Part shown: one piece after another, positions 7,189 through 15,650 of the stretch
How the letters are laid out: every line of letters starts with the position of its first letter
Numbering within the stretch: position 1 is the first letter of the stretch
Assembly: GCA_022565415.1 (NCBI GenBank)
Contig: JAIUMT010000001.1
Location: 1-35,697 of the forward strand
Length of the DNA stretch: 35,697 nucleotides
From: Balneolales bacterium
GTDB lineage: Bacteria > Bacteroidota > Rhodothermia > Balneolales > HLUCCA01
Reading direction: 5' to 3'
Made by a program: the position numbers and the translations under genes
The notes under the pieces: model-generated
Database searches by the model: none
What the model was told of the DNA's origin: nothing
Seen by the model: only the letters and a program-made list of their open reading frames with translations

Positions 7189-7213
7189 ACCTATAATTAC
7201 GTATTAGGCAGGT

Positions 7214-7239
7214 ATGATCAGTTAATTCAAACTGATCAT
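7214..7239. repeat. Perfect 10-bp inverted repeat ATGATCAGTT-(6 nt)-AACTGATCAT
   Basis: Read directly in the intergenic region downstream of the lysis genes. Confidence 0.7.
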
Positions 7240-7303
7240 CAGAAGAATAATTAAATCCTTCGAGGCAAATATAATATAATTGTACTGTTAGGGTCAAGTC
7301 CAA

Positions 7304-7606
7304 TTATTCACTTGCTTGAACTTTGGCTGCAATCTTGAGGTATGTAGCCACTACGTACGGGGCTTGCATCACAGCCAGGACAATGGAAAAGAACACTTTG
7401 TCCTTTTCCCACCAGCTGTACAGCAGCTCGAAATCACTCAATGTGATAGCTCCTATAACGGTGGCTGCAACTCCATTGAGGGTATGACCAATTTTCTTGA
7501 GCTCGTTCGCGCCCTGGTCAATTATTGTTCCTCTCTCCGGAGTGGGTTTTCCGATTAAATCGGTCACGGTATTAATTGCTCGTCTGATTAGTGCTAATTT
7601 TGGCAT
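7304..7606 (-). CDS. Holin-like small membrane protein (100 aa)
   Basis: Two hydrophobic segments (VAATVIGAITLSDF, VFFSIVLAVMQAPYVVATYLKIAA). It is the last gene of the lysis cassette. Confidence 0.45.
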   Translation of the reverse strand: MPKLALIRRAINTVTDLIGKPTPERGTIIDQGANELKKIGHTLNGVAATVIGAITLSDFELLYSWWEKDKVFFSIVLAVMQAPYVVATYLKIAAKVQASE

Positions 7607-7608
7607 AA

Positions 7609-7857
7609 CTATCTGCTCCTGTATTCCATGTCTGAGATTCGTTTGTCCAGCTCGTGTAGTTGCCGGATGGTGTTTATTTCAGCAGAAAGCGTTGATTGCG
7701 ACTGCCGAAGTAGTGCAATCTCTGTATTGAGAGAGTGCATAAGCTCGTTCGTTTTGAGCTGCGCGTTGAGTAACCAGCTGAAAAGGCCAATGAATACCAA
7801 TGGGAAAATGTATTCCTTGAATTTGCTAAAACTGTCTGTTGGAATCGGAAGAGTCAT
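7609..7857 (-). CDS. Membrane-anchored coiled-coil protein (spanin- or holin-accessory-like)
   Basis: Start placed at the ATG at 7857, 4 nt after the endolysin stop. It has an N-terminal TM segment (YIFPLVFIGLFSWLL) followed by a helical region. The longer ORF to 7935 would overlap the endolysin gene. Confidence 0.4.
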   Translation of the reverse strand: MTLPIPTDSFSKFKEYIFPLVFIGLFSWLLNAQLKTNELMHSLNTEIALLRQSQSTLSAEINTIRQLHELDKRISDMEYRSR

Positions 7858-7861
7858 TGCG

Positions 7862-8365
7862 TTAAGAATTGAAGAATGATATGGCTTGGTCGAGAGTGTA
7901 TTTGACTCCGCTTTTTGCGTAGAAGTAGCCATCAATTACATTTTGGTAGTAGTAGGAACGATCAGCGCGGAACCAGCGTAACGGCCTTCTGTGGGGATCT
8001 GGCGACATGTCAACATGCACTCCCACGGCCTTAGCTGTTTGCCCATTGCGGTACTGCAGGTTCCAATCGAAGTAGATCCCGGCACCGCGCCATCCCCAGA
8101 GCTCGGTAATTCTCCAAAGGCGTTCTGCGCTTAGTGTCTCCACCCGATACTTGCCAGGCATAAACAAAATGCAATCTATGGCCAGTCCTTTGCCATGTGC
8201 GCTTGTAGGACTATTTCGGAATGCGGATGTTACCATCGTTGGCATTCCATGCCATTCACGCCATTGCACAAAACGTTTAATAAATTCCGGATCCATCTTT
8301 TCCAGTCCTGGTATTTCACCGGGTGAAAAGTGCGGTGATGCTTCAATGATTTCTACAGCTGTCAT
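7862..8365 (-). CDS. Peptidase M15-family (zinc D-Ala-D-Ala carboxypeptidase-like) endolysin
   Basis: Zinc ligand motifs are SAHGKGLAIDC (H-x6-D) and GVHVDM (H-x-D). Confidence 0.75.
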   Translation of the reverse strand: MTAVEIIEASPHFSPGEIPGLEKMDPEFIKRFVQWREWHGMPTMVTSAFRNSPTSAHGKGLAIDCILFMPGKYRVETLSAERLWRITELWGWRGAGIYFDWNLQYRNGQTAKAVGVHVDMSPDPHRRPLRWFRADRSYYYQNVIDGYFYAKSGVKYTLDQAISFFNS

Positions 8366-8369
8366 GGTC

Positions 8370-8573
8370 TTACTTTAGAATCAAATACCCAACACCAGCA
8401 GCGAGTAATACGCCACCGGCAACCAGGTAGGAGTTTGCAGTTTCATTCGGAGCTTTGGGAACCTCAACAGTATCTTCACCTTGAGATTTAAGCGTTTTGT
8501 TCACGTTCTGGATGAAGGCACGAATGTCATCGATGATCTGTTGCTGTTCTTCTTGTGATGGAATCTGCGCCAT
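8370..8573 (-). CDS. Small C-terminally anchored membrane protein (67 aa)
   Basis: Acidic N-terminus. The C-terminal anchor is YLVAGGVLLAAGVGYLILK followed by the stop. Confidence 0.55.
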   Translation of the reverse strand: MAQIPSQEEQQQIIDDIRAFIQNVNKTLKSQGEDTVEVPKAPNETANSYLVAGGVLLAAGVGYLILK

Positions 8574-8965
8574 TATAGGTACCTATCGACTTGAGTGATC
8601 AGGTTACGTGCAGCAGTTACTATTTCCGGATAGTACTGTTTGAGCAGCGTTGAGTTGGTTATTTGAACCAATGCTGGCCGTGATGTTGTCAAAAATGCAA
8701 TGAAATCATCGTAGGACTTGCGAAGTGCTGCCTGTTCTTGCAGATACAGTTCATGTTGCTCCCTGGCTTGCCCTTCGGCCTCGTTTGCCACACTAATAAG
8801 CTGGGCAATTTGGGTTTGAAGTTGGTTGTTCGGCTGGTTGATCAGCGTACCGGATGATGAGCCACCGGTGGGGTAGCCTGGATAACCCGGATAGCCTGGG
8901 TAACCTAGAAAATTGAGATTGGATACATCGCTAAGATATCCGCTTTTACCTGACGTTCTGTTCAT
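8573..8965 (-). CDS. GKSGYLSD-motif protein with (GYP)4 repeat and helical C-terminus (130 aa)
   Basis: MNRTSGKSGYLSDVSNLNFLGYPGYPGYPGYP... The N-terminus is paralogous to the ORF at 25248-25520. Confidence 0.6.
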   Translation of the reverse strand: MNRTSGKSGYLSDVSNLNFLGYPGYPGYPGYPTGGSSSGTLINQPNNQLQTQIAQLISVANEAEGQAREQHELYLQEQAALRKSYDDFIAFLTTSRPALVQITNSTLLKQYYPEIVTAARNLITQVDRYL

Positions 8966-10037
8966 GGTTCTGGGTGGTTAAGTAGTTATAGATATTATTG
9001 ATTCGATTTACCGCATTCTCCCATGTGAAGTGGGGTAAAATAGACTGAGCACGCACTTTCATCGCATTTAGCTGCTGCTGGCTCATGGTCGCGAACTGGT
9101 TTAAAGCTTTCTGAATTGTTCCAGGCTCTTTTCCGCAGTAGAGTGCATAATCTTGTCGCAGGAAGTCTTGCATACCGTCTGCATAACTGGAGATCAGCAG
9201 ACAGTTAGATGCAAGAGCTTCCAGAGCGACAATTCCAAAAGGTTCATGGATAGAGGGTACTATCATGCCGTCACATTGTTGTAGTACGGATAACTTATCC
9301 TCACCCCACATTTGACCCATGTAGAAAGCGTTAGATTCCCGTTTCAAGTAGTTATTCAGAGCGCGTGAGATGGTAGGATCAGTGCCCAAACCACCGCCAA
9401 TGAAGTACATGTTTACATTGCTGGGTAACCGGGTTTCAAGTAGGTTGTGAAGTCCTTTCTGTGCCGTAAATCGACCGATAAATAGTAGCTTTCTATTGGT
9501 TGGGTTACCAGGTAGCTGAACATGTCGGCTTAATGTTCGCTGAAACTGATTTCGATCAATTCCATTATGCACGATTGAAACATTCGGCTTTTTATTGAAT
9601 CTATTCGCATAAGCAGCGCTCACGTGAATAATATGATCGGCGTGTCGTAAGCCAAATAGTTCAAGGCCGGCATGAGGTGTCACCGGAGACATAAACATGT
9701 CCGCTGCCGAAGCCAAATCTTCACAGAGTTTCGCCTCAGAGAGATGAATATGGCAGATTAATGGAATGCCAAGTACTGTTTTGAGCTGAACGCCAGTTTT
9801 AAACGTGTTTGCATCCATGGCGTGAATTACCTTACAGCTCTGCAGAAAACTCATGTTTATTGTACGAATGTCGTTGACATACGTGTAATTTGAGCCTCGA
9901 TGCGGTGCGTCTGTGGCCGGACCCTCAACAATGAAATGATATTCAGCCGGAAACCGCTTTAACGTTTCTTGCAAATACACGCCTAAGCCACCGAACGGTT
10001 TGCGTATGGAGTCCGGAGAAAGGATAATTACATTCAT
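8946..10037 (-). CDS. GT-B fold glycosyltransferase, family 4-like
   Basis: C-terminal EPFGIVALEALA (E-x7-E) motif, and LLFIGRFTAQKG typical of the Glycos_transf_1 domain. ATGA overlap with the upstream gene. Confidence 0.75.
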   Translation of the reverse strand: MNVIILSPDSIRKPFGGLGVYLQETLKRFPAEYHFIVEGPATDAPHRGSNYTYVNDIRTINMSFLQSCKVIHAMDANTFKTGVQLKTVLGIPLICHIHLSEAKLCEDLASAADMFMSPVTPHAGLELFGLRHADHIIHVSAAYANRFNKKPNVSIVHNGIDRNQFQRTLSRHVQLPGNPTNRKLLFIGRFTAQKGLHNLLETRLPSNVNMYFIGGGLGTDPTISRALNNYLKRESNAFYMGQMWGEDKLSVLQQCDGMIVPSIHEPFGIVALEALASNCLLISSYADGMQDFLRQDYALYCGKEPGTIQKALNQFATMSQQQLNAMKVRAQSILPHFTWENAVNRINNIYNYLTTQNHEQNVR

Positions 10038-10630
10038 CTGATTCGATTTAAAGTGAAAAACAGTAAACCGATTCCCACTAATGCAGCAGCACTGGTCATT
10101 GCCTGAAATCGTTCTGGATTTGTGATTGCCGTGAATCCACCGGCACCGGGTGAATGTACCTGGTCTGGCCAGAGAATCTCAGCGATGATTTGTGCTCTGG
10201 CCATAACATCCTTCCCGTAGTTGCCACCGGTTGTTATTTCGTCCGGATCTCGTCGAGCTGCTACTGCATTGGCCACGCGTCCTGGTCCGGCATTGTACGC
10301 TGCTGCTGCATGTTGCCAATTCTTTAATCGTTTGTAATCCGCGGACAAAAGCGAAGCACCATAATCGATAATGGCTGCGTGATCGTTTGGCCGTACTCGC
10401 TCGGTGAACTCGGAATGCCACCGACGATCTATTTGCATGAGGCCGACACCGTTTGTGAAGTCGCCCTGGTACATAACAAACAGCCTACTCGTTCCAATAT
10501 CGGTTTCCCGACTGGCCACGGCTAACAGTACGTCAATCGGCACGTTATGACGCGATGCAGCTTGCTCAAAAAAGGGAATCCATCCTTGAGCTGTGGCGTG
10601 TTGAAGTTGACTGTTTAATTGGGCAAGCAT
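10034..10630 (-). CDS. Lytic transglycosylase (SLT domain) with C-terminal membrane anchor
   Basis: SLT motifs are AVASRETD (catalytic Glu), GLMQID and AAAYNAGPG. The C-terminal hydrophobic tail is AAALVGIGLLFFTLNRIR. Confidence 0.85.
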   Translation of the reverse strand: MLAQLNSQLQHATAQGWIPFFEQAASRHNVPIDVLLAVASRETDIGTSRLFVMYQGDFTNGVGLMQIDRRWHSEFTERVRPNDHAAIIDYGASLLSADYKRLKNWQHAAAAYNAGPGRVANAVAARRDPDEITTGGNYGKDVMARAQIIAEILWPDQVHSPGAGGFTAITNPERFQAMTSAAALVGIGLLFFTLNRIR

Positions 10631-10926
10631 TAGATGAATTGCAATAGAATGATGAGTATAATCACGTTTGTAATCGTCGGAATGATTTTATCTTCCCACT
10701 CATACCTAGAGTCCCTCATTTCCCACTGGGCTTTTTCTCTACCCCAATAGAATCCGGCACCAAATGCACATCCAAAGAAGAGTGCATTCTCGATGGATGC
10801 AAAGATCAATGCCACGAGCGTTCCGGCAATCATTAGTGCGAAAGCCACAAAGGAGTGCAGAAACAAGTAGCCTACACCTAAGTGGTTTCTCATCCACCAC
10901 CCAATTTTTTTATCTAGGTTTTTCAT
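10630..10926 (-). CDS. Polytopic small membrane protein (98 aa)
   Basis: Three hydrophobic segments. Start and stop are coupled to the neighbouring genes. Confidence 0.55.
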   Translation of the reverse strand: MKNLDKKIGWWMRNHLGVGYLFLHSFVAFALMIAGTLVALIFASIENALFFGCAFGAGFYWGREKAQWEMRDSRYEWEDKIIPTITNVIILIILLQFI

Positions 10927-12203
10927 GAGGCAAATGATCCCTTTGATACATAACTACCACTCTCACGTCGCTCGAAGACTAAATCTGTACCAGATATCGT
11001 AATTCGCCATGAGCCGTCTGTGTTCTTGTCACCAATGAAAAATGATTCATTCTCACCTATACCCAGACCAGGGTTTGTTAAACTTCTGTCACTGAAGCTA
11101 TAGCCATCGAGAACTATAATATTTTCATTACCGACTCCAGCTGTAGTTAATGGTGTGCCCGTTCTGAATACATTTCCGATAGCTGAAATATTAGAACTGT
11201 TCTCGCCGACTTCGATGTTGACGGGGAAACCCGCGAATGAATTTCCTGATATGGCTGCATTTCTAAGAGTAGATGATGCTCTGTCAATAAACTGAATGGG
11301 TGCCGGATGGCTTGCGCTACCAGAGAAGTAATTTGCTGCTATAACGGTATTTATAACATTGCCATCAATCACTATTCCACCAATCCTGAAGTCATTTTGT
11401 GTGATAGAAATACCGTGTTGGCCAATGGTACCATTTCCTGATAAGAGTATCGCAGGTACGCCAGAAGCTATGTCAAACTCACATCCATGTACATTGATTT
11501 TTTGGACGTTTCCACCAGTTGTAAATGACAACCCGGCAATATCACATCCCTGAAACATGCTTTTTCTAACAAACGTCCAGCTTTGCGAGAATCCCGACTC
11601 TTGCTCAATCGATACACCATGGCCTGAGAAACCTCCAAATCTACAATCTTCTACATATATATCGGTTGCTCGTTGAGTTACTCTAATGCCAGCGGTACCT
11701 ACTGATTGGTTTGATTTATTGCCAAAGAACCAAATGTTACTAAACTTTACACCGTAAAGTTGAAGTGTTCCAAAGTCTTGCTCTGATTTTGCGCCATCAA
11801 CATGAATTATATCACAGTTTGCGTCATCTTTTAGTCTTAAGAGCACTGTTCTTCTAAAATCTGAATGAGCACAAAAAAGCAATCGTTTGGATACTACTAT
11901 TGTTTTGTCCACCTCGTAAAATATCGAAGCATTTTCACCATCAATGGTATTTGAAACTGATGAGAATGCTATAACACCAGCACTTCCAGCCCAATCGTTA
12001 CCTGCTCCAAGTGGCTCGTATGGTATGTTATCATGTGCATACTGGACGGTATCTGAGAAGCTTTCACTTATAAATACGATTTCACCGTTATTGTTCTGTG
12101 CGGTATATGTGTTACCTTCTCTTGATATCAGGTAGCTATATCCCTGATAGTTGTGGCCAGCTATGGTACCGAAGATGTTTTGAAGTTGATTAATTCCACT
12201 CAT
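10923..12203 (-). CDS. Right-handed parallel beta-helix protein (spike / receptor-binding or depolymerase candidate)
   Basis: Repeated turns of the type ISITQNDFRIGGIVIDGNVINTVIAANYF and ISGNSFAGFPVNIEVGENSSNISAIGNVF, typical of pectate-lyase-fold repeats. Confidence 0.55.
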   Translation of the reverse strand: MSGINQLQNIFGTIAGHNYQGYSYLISREGNTYTAQNNNGEIVFISESFSDTVQYAHDNIPYEPLGAGNDWAGSAGVIAFSSVSNTIDGENASIFYEVDKTIVVSKRLLFCAHSDFRRTVLLRLKDDANCDIIHVDGAKSEQDFGTLQLYGVKFSNIWFFGNKSNQSVGTAGIRVTQRATDIYVEDCRFGGFSGHGVSIEQESGFSQSWTFVRKSMFQGCDIAGLSFTTGGNVQKINVHGCEFDIASGVPAILLSGNGTIGQHGISITQNDFRIGGIVIDGNVINTVIAANYFSGSASHPAPIQFIDRASSTLRNAAISGNSFAGFPVNIEVGENSSNISAIGNVFRTGTPLTTAGVGNENIIVLDGYSFSDRSLTNPGLGIGENESFFIGDKNTDGSWRITISGTDLVFERRESGSYVSKGSFAS

Positions 12204-12216
12204 AAAGAGACCTCGT

Positions 12217-12723
12217 TTAAGTCGTTAAATAATTGCCCTCAGAATCAATCAAATAATTGCCCTGAGAGTCGGTTAAAAAGGATTGTCCTTCCGGTAGTTC
12301 CGGCAAGGAGAAATCATAACGTATATCCACAAAAATGGAACTGGTTGGCTCAGCCGATCCCGTTGGTTGAAATGAGCTGGTGGCCATAATTACCAGGTTA
12401 TCGTGCATTGCAAATCGCACCAAACCGCGTACTTCCAGGGTAATCCCTGATTTGCCTGGTAACTCAATGATGTATTCAGGTTTGTCGGTAGCGTAATCCG
12501 GGTTAAACTCATTGTATAACCGCAGATATACGACTTCATCATTAGGGTTGAACGCCTTTAGGCCATAAACATCAGTTCGCCCTATGCTTACGGGTAATTT
12601 GGTATTGTTCACATCCCACGACCGATACCTTGAAAGTCCGTCAGCATTCGCTTTCCGATACGCTGCCTCGATGTTTACCAGGGAAGCGCGAATATGTGAA
12701 AGGGGCTTAATTATTGATTCCAT
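12217..12723 (-). CDS. Hypothetical structural protein (168 aa), beta-rich, C-terminal tandem DS(Q/E)GNYL(I/T) repeat
   Basis: Sits in the late operon. The C-terminus is LTDSQGNYLIDSEGNYLTT. Confidence 0.5.
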   Translation of the reverse strand: MESIIKPLSHIRASLVNIEAAYRKANADGLSRYRSWDVNNTKLPVSIGRTDVYGLKAFNPNDEVVYLRLYNEFNPDYATDKPEYIIELPGKSGITLEVRGLVRFAMHDNLVIMATSSFQPTGSAEPTSSIFVDIRYDFSLPELPEGQSFLTDSQGNYLIDSEGNYLTT

Positions 12724-12731
12724 ACTTCTCC

Positions 12732-13805
12732 TTAAAATGTGGTTCCATCAACCCAGATTGTCGTACTGTCCACACGGGTACCTAGCATTTGGCGAAACTC
12801 CTCTTTCGACCAGTATTTTGAGATATCACTGTTCGTAAAGTCACAGCCTTGTAGGTTGCAGAACTCTTCGAAAATGGGCTGCTGCATGAAAAATGTGTTC
12901 CGGAAGTCGTTATACTGGCAGAAGTAGTTAAAGCGCGTTTCGCCCTGAAACTGGCAGTAGCTGAAATTATTGGCAATGATGTAGCCACTGATCTGATTTC
13001 TGTCGTAGAAAATCGAGTTCTGGAAATCGCACTCAACAATTTTACCGATCAATCCGGTGCGTATTTGCCACGATGAGGAGTCAAATCTGGACTTGCGTAA
13101 AATCGGAGTTACCGCATCTTCTCCCTGGTCATAATGCCGGAAGTTCCCTCCGGATAAATCACTTTCAATGATGGTGCTAGAGACAAACTTAATTTTCGTC
13201 ATCACTGGTGATTGAAACTTGCATTTACGGATCACCACGTTTCGCCATTCCACCACCGCGCCATTACTGCCATTGTCATTCCAGTAACTCTGATCAAAGA
13301 TGCAGCTCTCAAGCGTACATGCGGTTAACTTCGCCTGGTACATGTGCGGAAACTTGAAATGAGAATCCTCAAACAAGCATCCAAGAAAGTTCACATACGG
13401 TGCAAATAGATACAGGCTAGTGATCTTGTAGAATGAACTCCCACGACACGTAGAAATGTCGAATCGATCAGGGTTGTTAGCCTGAAACGACGATCCGTTC
13501 TTGAGCAGCGATAAAGGGAAGTAGTTCAGCGGTGTATCGCCAATGATCGCGCGTAGATCAATATCATCGAAGATCATTCCTCGATAGGCTTCAATGCTGG
13601 TGGCCGGTTTACGACCGGGTTCCAGCACAGTCTCCCATCTTCCGGGATAGCCAACTATTCCGTTAAAGAACTCTGCAAAGGATGTTTCTTCCCGGCCAAG
13701 TTGAGCTTGCAGGTAAATACGCTGATTAAATCGGTTCCACTGTGCGATCAGCTGACGAACTTTGTCGGGTGCTATTCGGAGGGTATCGTTTACTATGGCA
13801 CTCAT
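12732..13805 (-). CDS. Pentapeptide-repeat-like protein (357 aa)
   Basis: The C-terminal two-thirds has a 5-residue periodicity with central F/L/I, e.g. CDFQN SIFYD ... NNFSY CQFQG ETRFN YFCQY NDFRN TFFMQ ... CDFTN SDISK. Confidence 0.5.
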   Translation of the reverse strand: MSAIVNDTLRIAPDKVRQLIAQWNRFNQRIYLQAQLGREETSFAEFFNGIVGYPGRWETVLEPGRKPATSIEAYRGMIFDDIDLRAIIGDTPLNYFPLSLLKNGSSFQANNPDRFDISTCRGSSFYKITSLYLFAPYVNFLGCLFEDSHFKFPHMYQAKLTACTLESCIFDQSYWNDNGSNGAVVEWRNVVIRKCKFQSPVMTKIKFVSSTIIESDLSGGNFRHYDQGEDAVTPILRKSRFDSSSWQIRTGLIGKIVECDFQNSIFYDRNQISGYIIANNFSYCQFQGETRFNYFCQYNDFRNTFFMQQPIFEEFCNLQGCDFTNSDISKYWSKEEFRQMLGTRVDSTTIWVDGTTF

Positions 13806-14140
13806 GCGCTTCGGTGCTCCCTGGTTAATTCGGTGACAAATACACGACCAGAAGACGGGTTCGCCAAACTATAGGTTAACGGACCTTTAAACAGCTGATC
13901 TGCTGGCACGTCGAGTAGATTAACCACTGTTCGCGCTGGTAGCGAGAAATTGCGGTAATCTGGTGATGGCGTGCGAGTTCCGAAAGCAACAAACATGGCC
14001 GTATCGGTATCATTTTCGATGATTAAACCTACACGGTTGCCGTTTGGCTCTAACAGGCGTCCGGAATTTTCTTTGTAATCAATACGCCTTAACGCTGTCC
14101 GGATTTCGCGCGAAGGTGTATTTGCTACTGGATGGTTCAT
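13802..14140 (-). CDS. Small beta-rich structural protein (112 aa); penton-size jelly-roll candidate
   Basis: ATGA-coupled to both neighbours. Alternating hydrophobic beta-strand pattern (RVGLIIENDTDTAMFVAFG ... RVFVTEL). The fold assignment is inference only. Confidence 0.4.
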   Translation of the reverse strand: MNHPVANTPSREIRTALRRIDYKENSGRLLEPNGNRVGLIIENDTDTAMFVAFGTRTPSPDYRNFSLPARTVVNLLDVPADQLFKGPLTYSLANPSSGRVFVTELTREHRSA

Positions 14141-14892
14141 TCGTAGTACCCTTCTCCAATTACAGAAACTTGATGTGTGGTTACATTGCTGTTATTGGTC
14201 ACATACATGCTAATCGGGATGTTTCCGCCTATGTAGAATGGAATAAGCGCTGGCATGGCCATAAACTCATCGTTGAGCTGTTTCACGAACAGATCGCGCT
14301 TGATTTCATCGTTGTACACCTCAAGACTCACTTGCAGGTCATCATCACCAGTGGATCCAACGAAAAAGCGGTGAACGAGTATCGGTCGTGCCCGTGAAGT
14401 GAGGTTTACTAGCTTGAGTTGCTGCTGCGCTGGCACGTCTGCAAAACCATAGACGAATACCGGTTCGAGTATTTTGCGACCTACCTTTTGATTGAACTCA
14501 CGCCATTCCTCGAGTGTGACATGGTCATATCCGAGCAGTTGCACGTTTGCTTTCGCGGGATTGCTCCCGTCCAGATTGGTAAGCGTGATGGTTAGGAAAT
14601 TTCCACGTGCAATGATGAATGGGGCTAGCAACGATCTGAACCGGAATAGATCTTGCAAGGCAGAGATTTGTACGTTCGTAAAAATGTCACGCTCATTATT
14701 GAGCTTTGCACTGGCGAGAATGGTACCAGGGGTGTTCGTCCCAAAGGAAAGCCGGTTAAAGGCAAAATCCTGGCCATCATAGCCACGGAAATCACGGGAT
14801 ACGCTTTCTCCGGGTGGTATATCAAAAATCAGTGAAGGGGAGAATGGTGAGATTCGTTTGGAAGGACGGAATCGTTTAATCGCATTTGACAT
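14137..14892 (-). CDS. Beta-rich structural protein (251 aa); capsid-protein candidate
   Basis: Strand-like segments throughout (FLTITLTNLDG, NVQLLGYDHV, LQVSLEVYN, ISMYVTNNSNVTTHQVSVIGEGYYE). Adjacent to the 197-aa candidate. Confidence 0.4.
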   Translation of the reverse strand: MSNAIKRFRPSKRISPFSPSLIFDIPPGESVSRDFRGYDGQDFAFNRLSFGTNTPGTILASAKLNNERDIFTNVQISALQDLFRFRSLLAPFIIARGNFLTITLTNLDGSNPAKANVQLLGYDHVTLEEWREFNQKVGRKILEPVFVYGFADVPAQQQLKLVNLTSRARPILVHRFFVGSTGDDDLQVSLEVYNDEIKRDLFVKQLNDEFMAMPALIPFYIGGNIPISMYVTNNSNVTTHQVSVIGEGYYE

Positions 14893-14921
14893 GGTATTTT
14901 CGTCGATTGGTTAGTATGAAA

Positions 14922-14951
14922 CCCGGCACACAGATTGTGCTGTGTGCCGGG
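14922..14951 (-). terminator. 12-bp perfect stem-loop CCCGGCACACAG-(6 nt)-CTGTGTGCCGGG immediately after the 197-aa gene
   Basis: Read directly. On the minus strand it is followed by TTTCAT. It is likely a partial terminator or mRNA-stabilising hairpin within the operon. Confidence 0.5.
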
Positions 14952-14979
14952 ATTTGTGCGATTGCTTCGCTGGTCGGGC

Positions 14980-15573
14980 TTACTCGGCTATGAAAAGCTG
15001 TGTAACCAAGTTGAGGCGACCATAACCGGCAGTATCCCAATGGGCTGCTGTCGGGAATACCGATGCATCAGCGAACTGGATAGTGACGTTAAACACCTGT
15101 CCGGCACCTACCTGAAATGGATCAGCAAAACGGATTACACCGTTGCTTCGCATCTCAATGGCTTCGTGCAGAACCTGTGCGTTCGATGCGCCTTCCGATG
15201 CAGTTGCATGGTAGGAAGTCGTCTTGAAGTTGAAGAAATCTCCCAGACGGCCCAGCAACATCTGCTTGTTGTCTTGATCCAGCTGGATTTTGACAGAAGC
15301 GTGCTTCAAGGCATTAATGATCTTCACCGGATCAATGTTGTCCGCGGTGCGGATAACCTGAAGAGTGGTGTCGATCGACATTCCCAAAATCGCAACATCC
15401 TTGTTACCAGGAAGCGGGTTGGTAACGTAGTTGTTGTCGGTGTCAACGCGGGATGCGTTGGCCGGGAAGAAATTTGGCCGTGAGTCATTCTGAACAACAG
15501 GTTTAGTGTCGTAAATGATGCGTAAGCGTTTGTCACGCGGCACGTTGAGTTTTTTGACTATTGGAGCGTTCAT
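14980..15573 (-). CDS. Beta-rich structural protein (197 aa); major-capsid-protein candidate
   Basis: AAGGAA Shine-Dalgarno. A strong downstream hairpin is a common mark of the most highly expressed late gene. Strand-rich sequence (FNVTIQFADASVF, RLNLVTQLFIAE). Confidence 0.4.
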   Translation of the reverse strand: MNAPIVKKLNVPRDKRLRIIYDTKPVVQNDSRPNFFPANASRVDTDNNYVTNPLPGNKDVAILGMSIDTTLQVIRTADNIDPVKIINALKHASVKIQLDQDNKQMLLGRLGDFFNFKTTSYHATASEGASNAQVLHEAIEMRSNGVIRFADPFQVGAGQVFNVTIQFADASVFPTAAHWDTAGYGRLNLVTQLFIAE

Positions 15574-15650
15574 TTTGCATTCCTTATAAATCGTGATTGG
15601 TTAACTCTCCCAAGCCACCTCACGAGGAATGCATCTTTACGCGGTGATTA

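Noticed and set aside
7316-7879. Plus-strand ORFs 7316-7558, 7497-7730 and 7628-7879
   Set aside because: They are antisense to the coupled minus-strand lysis genes, which have TM-protein features and matched start/stop junctions. The plus-strand ORFs have no RBS or motifs.
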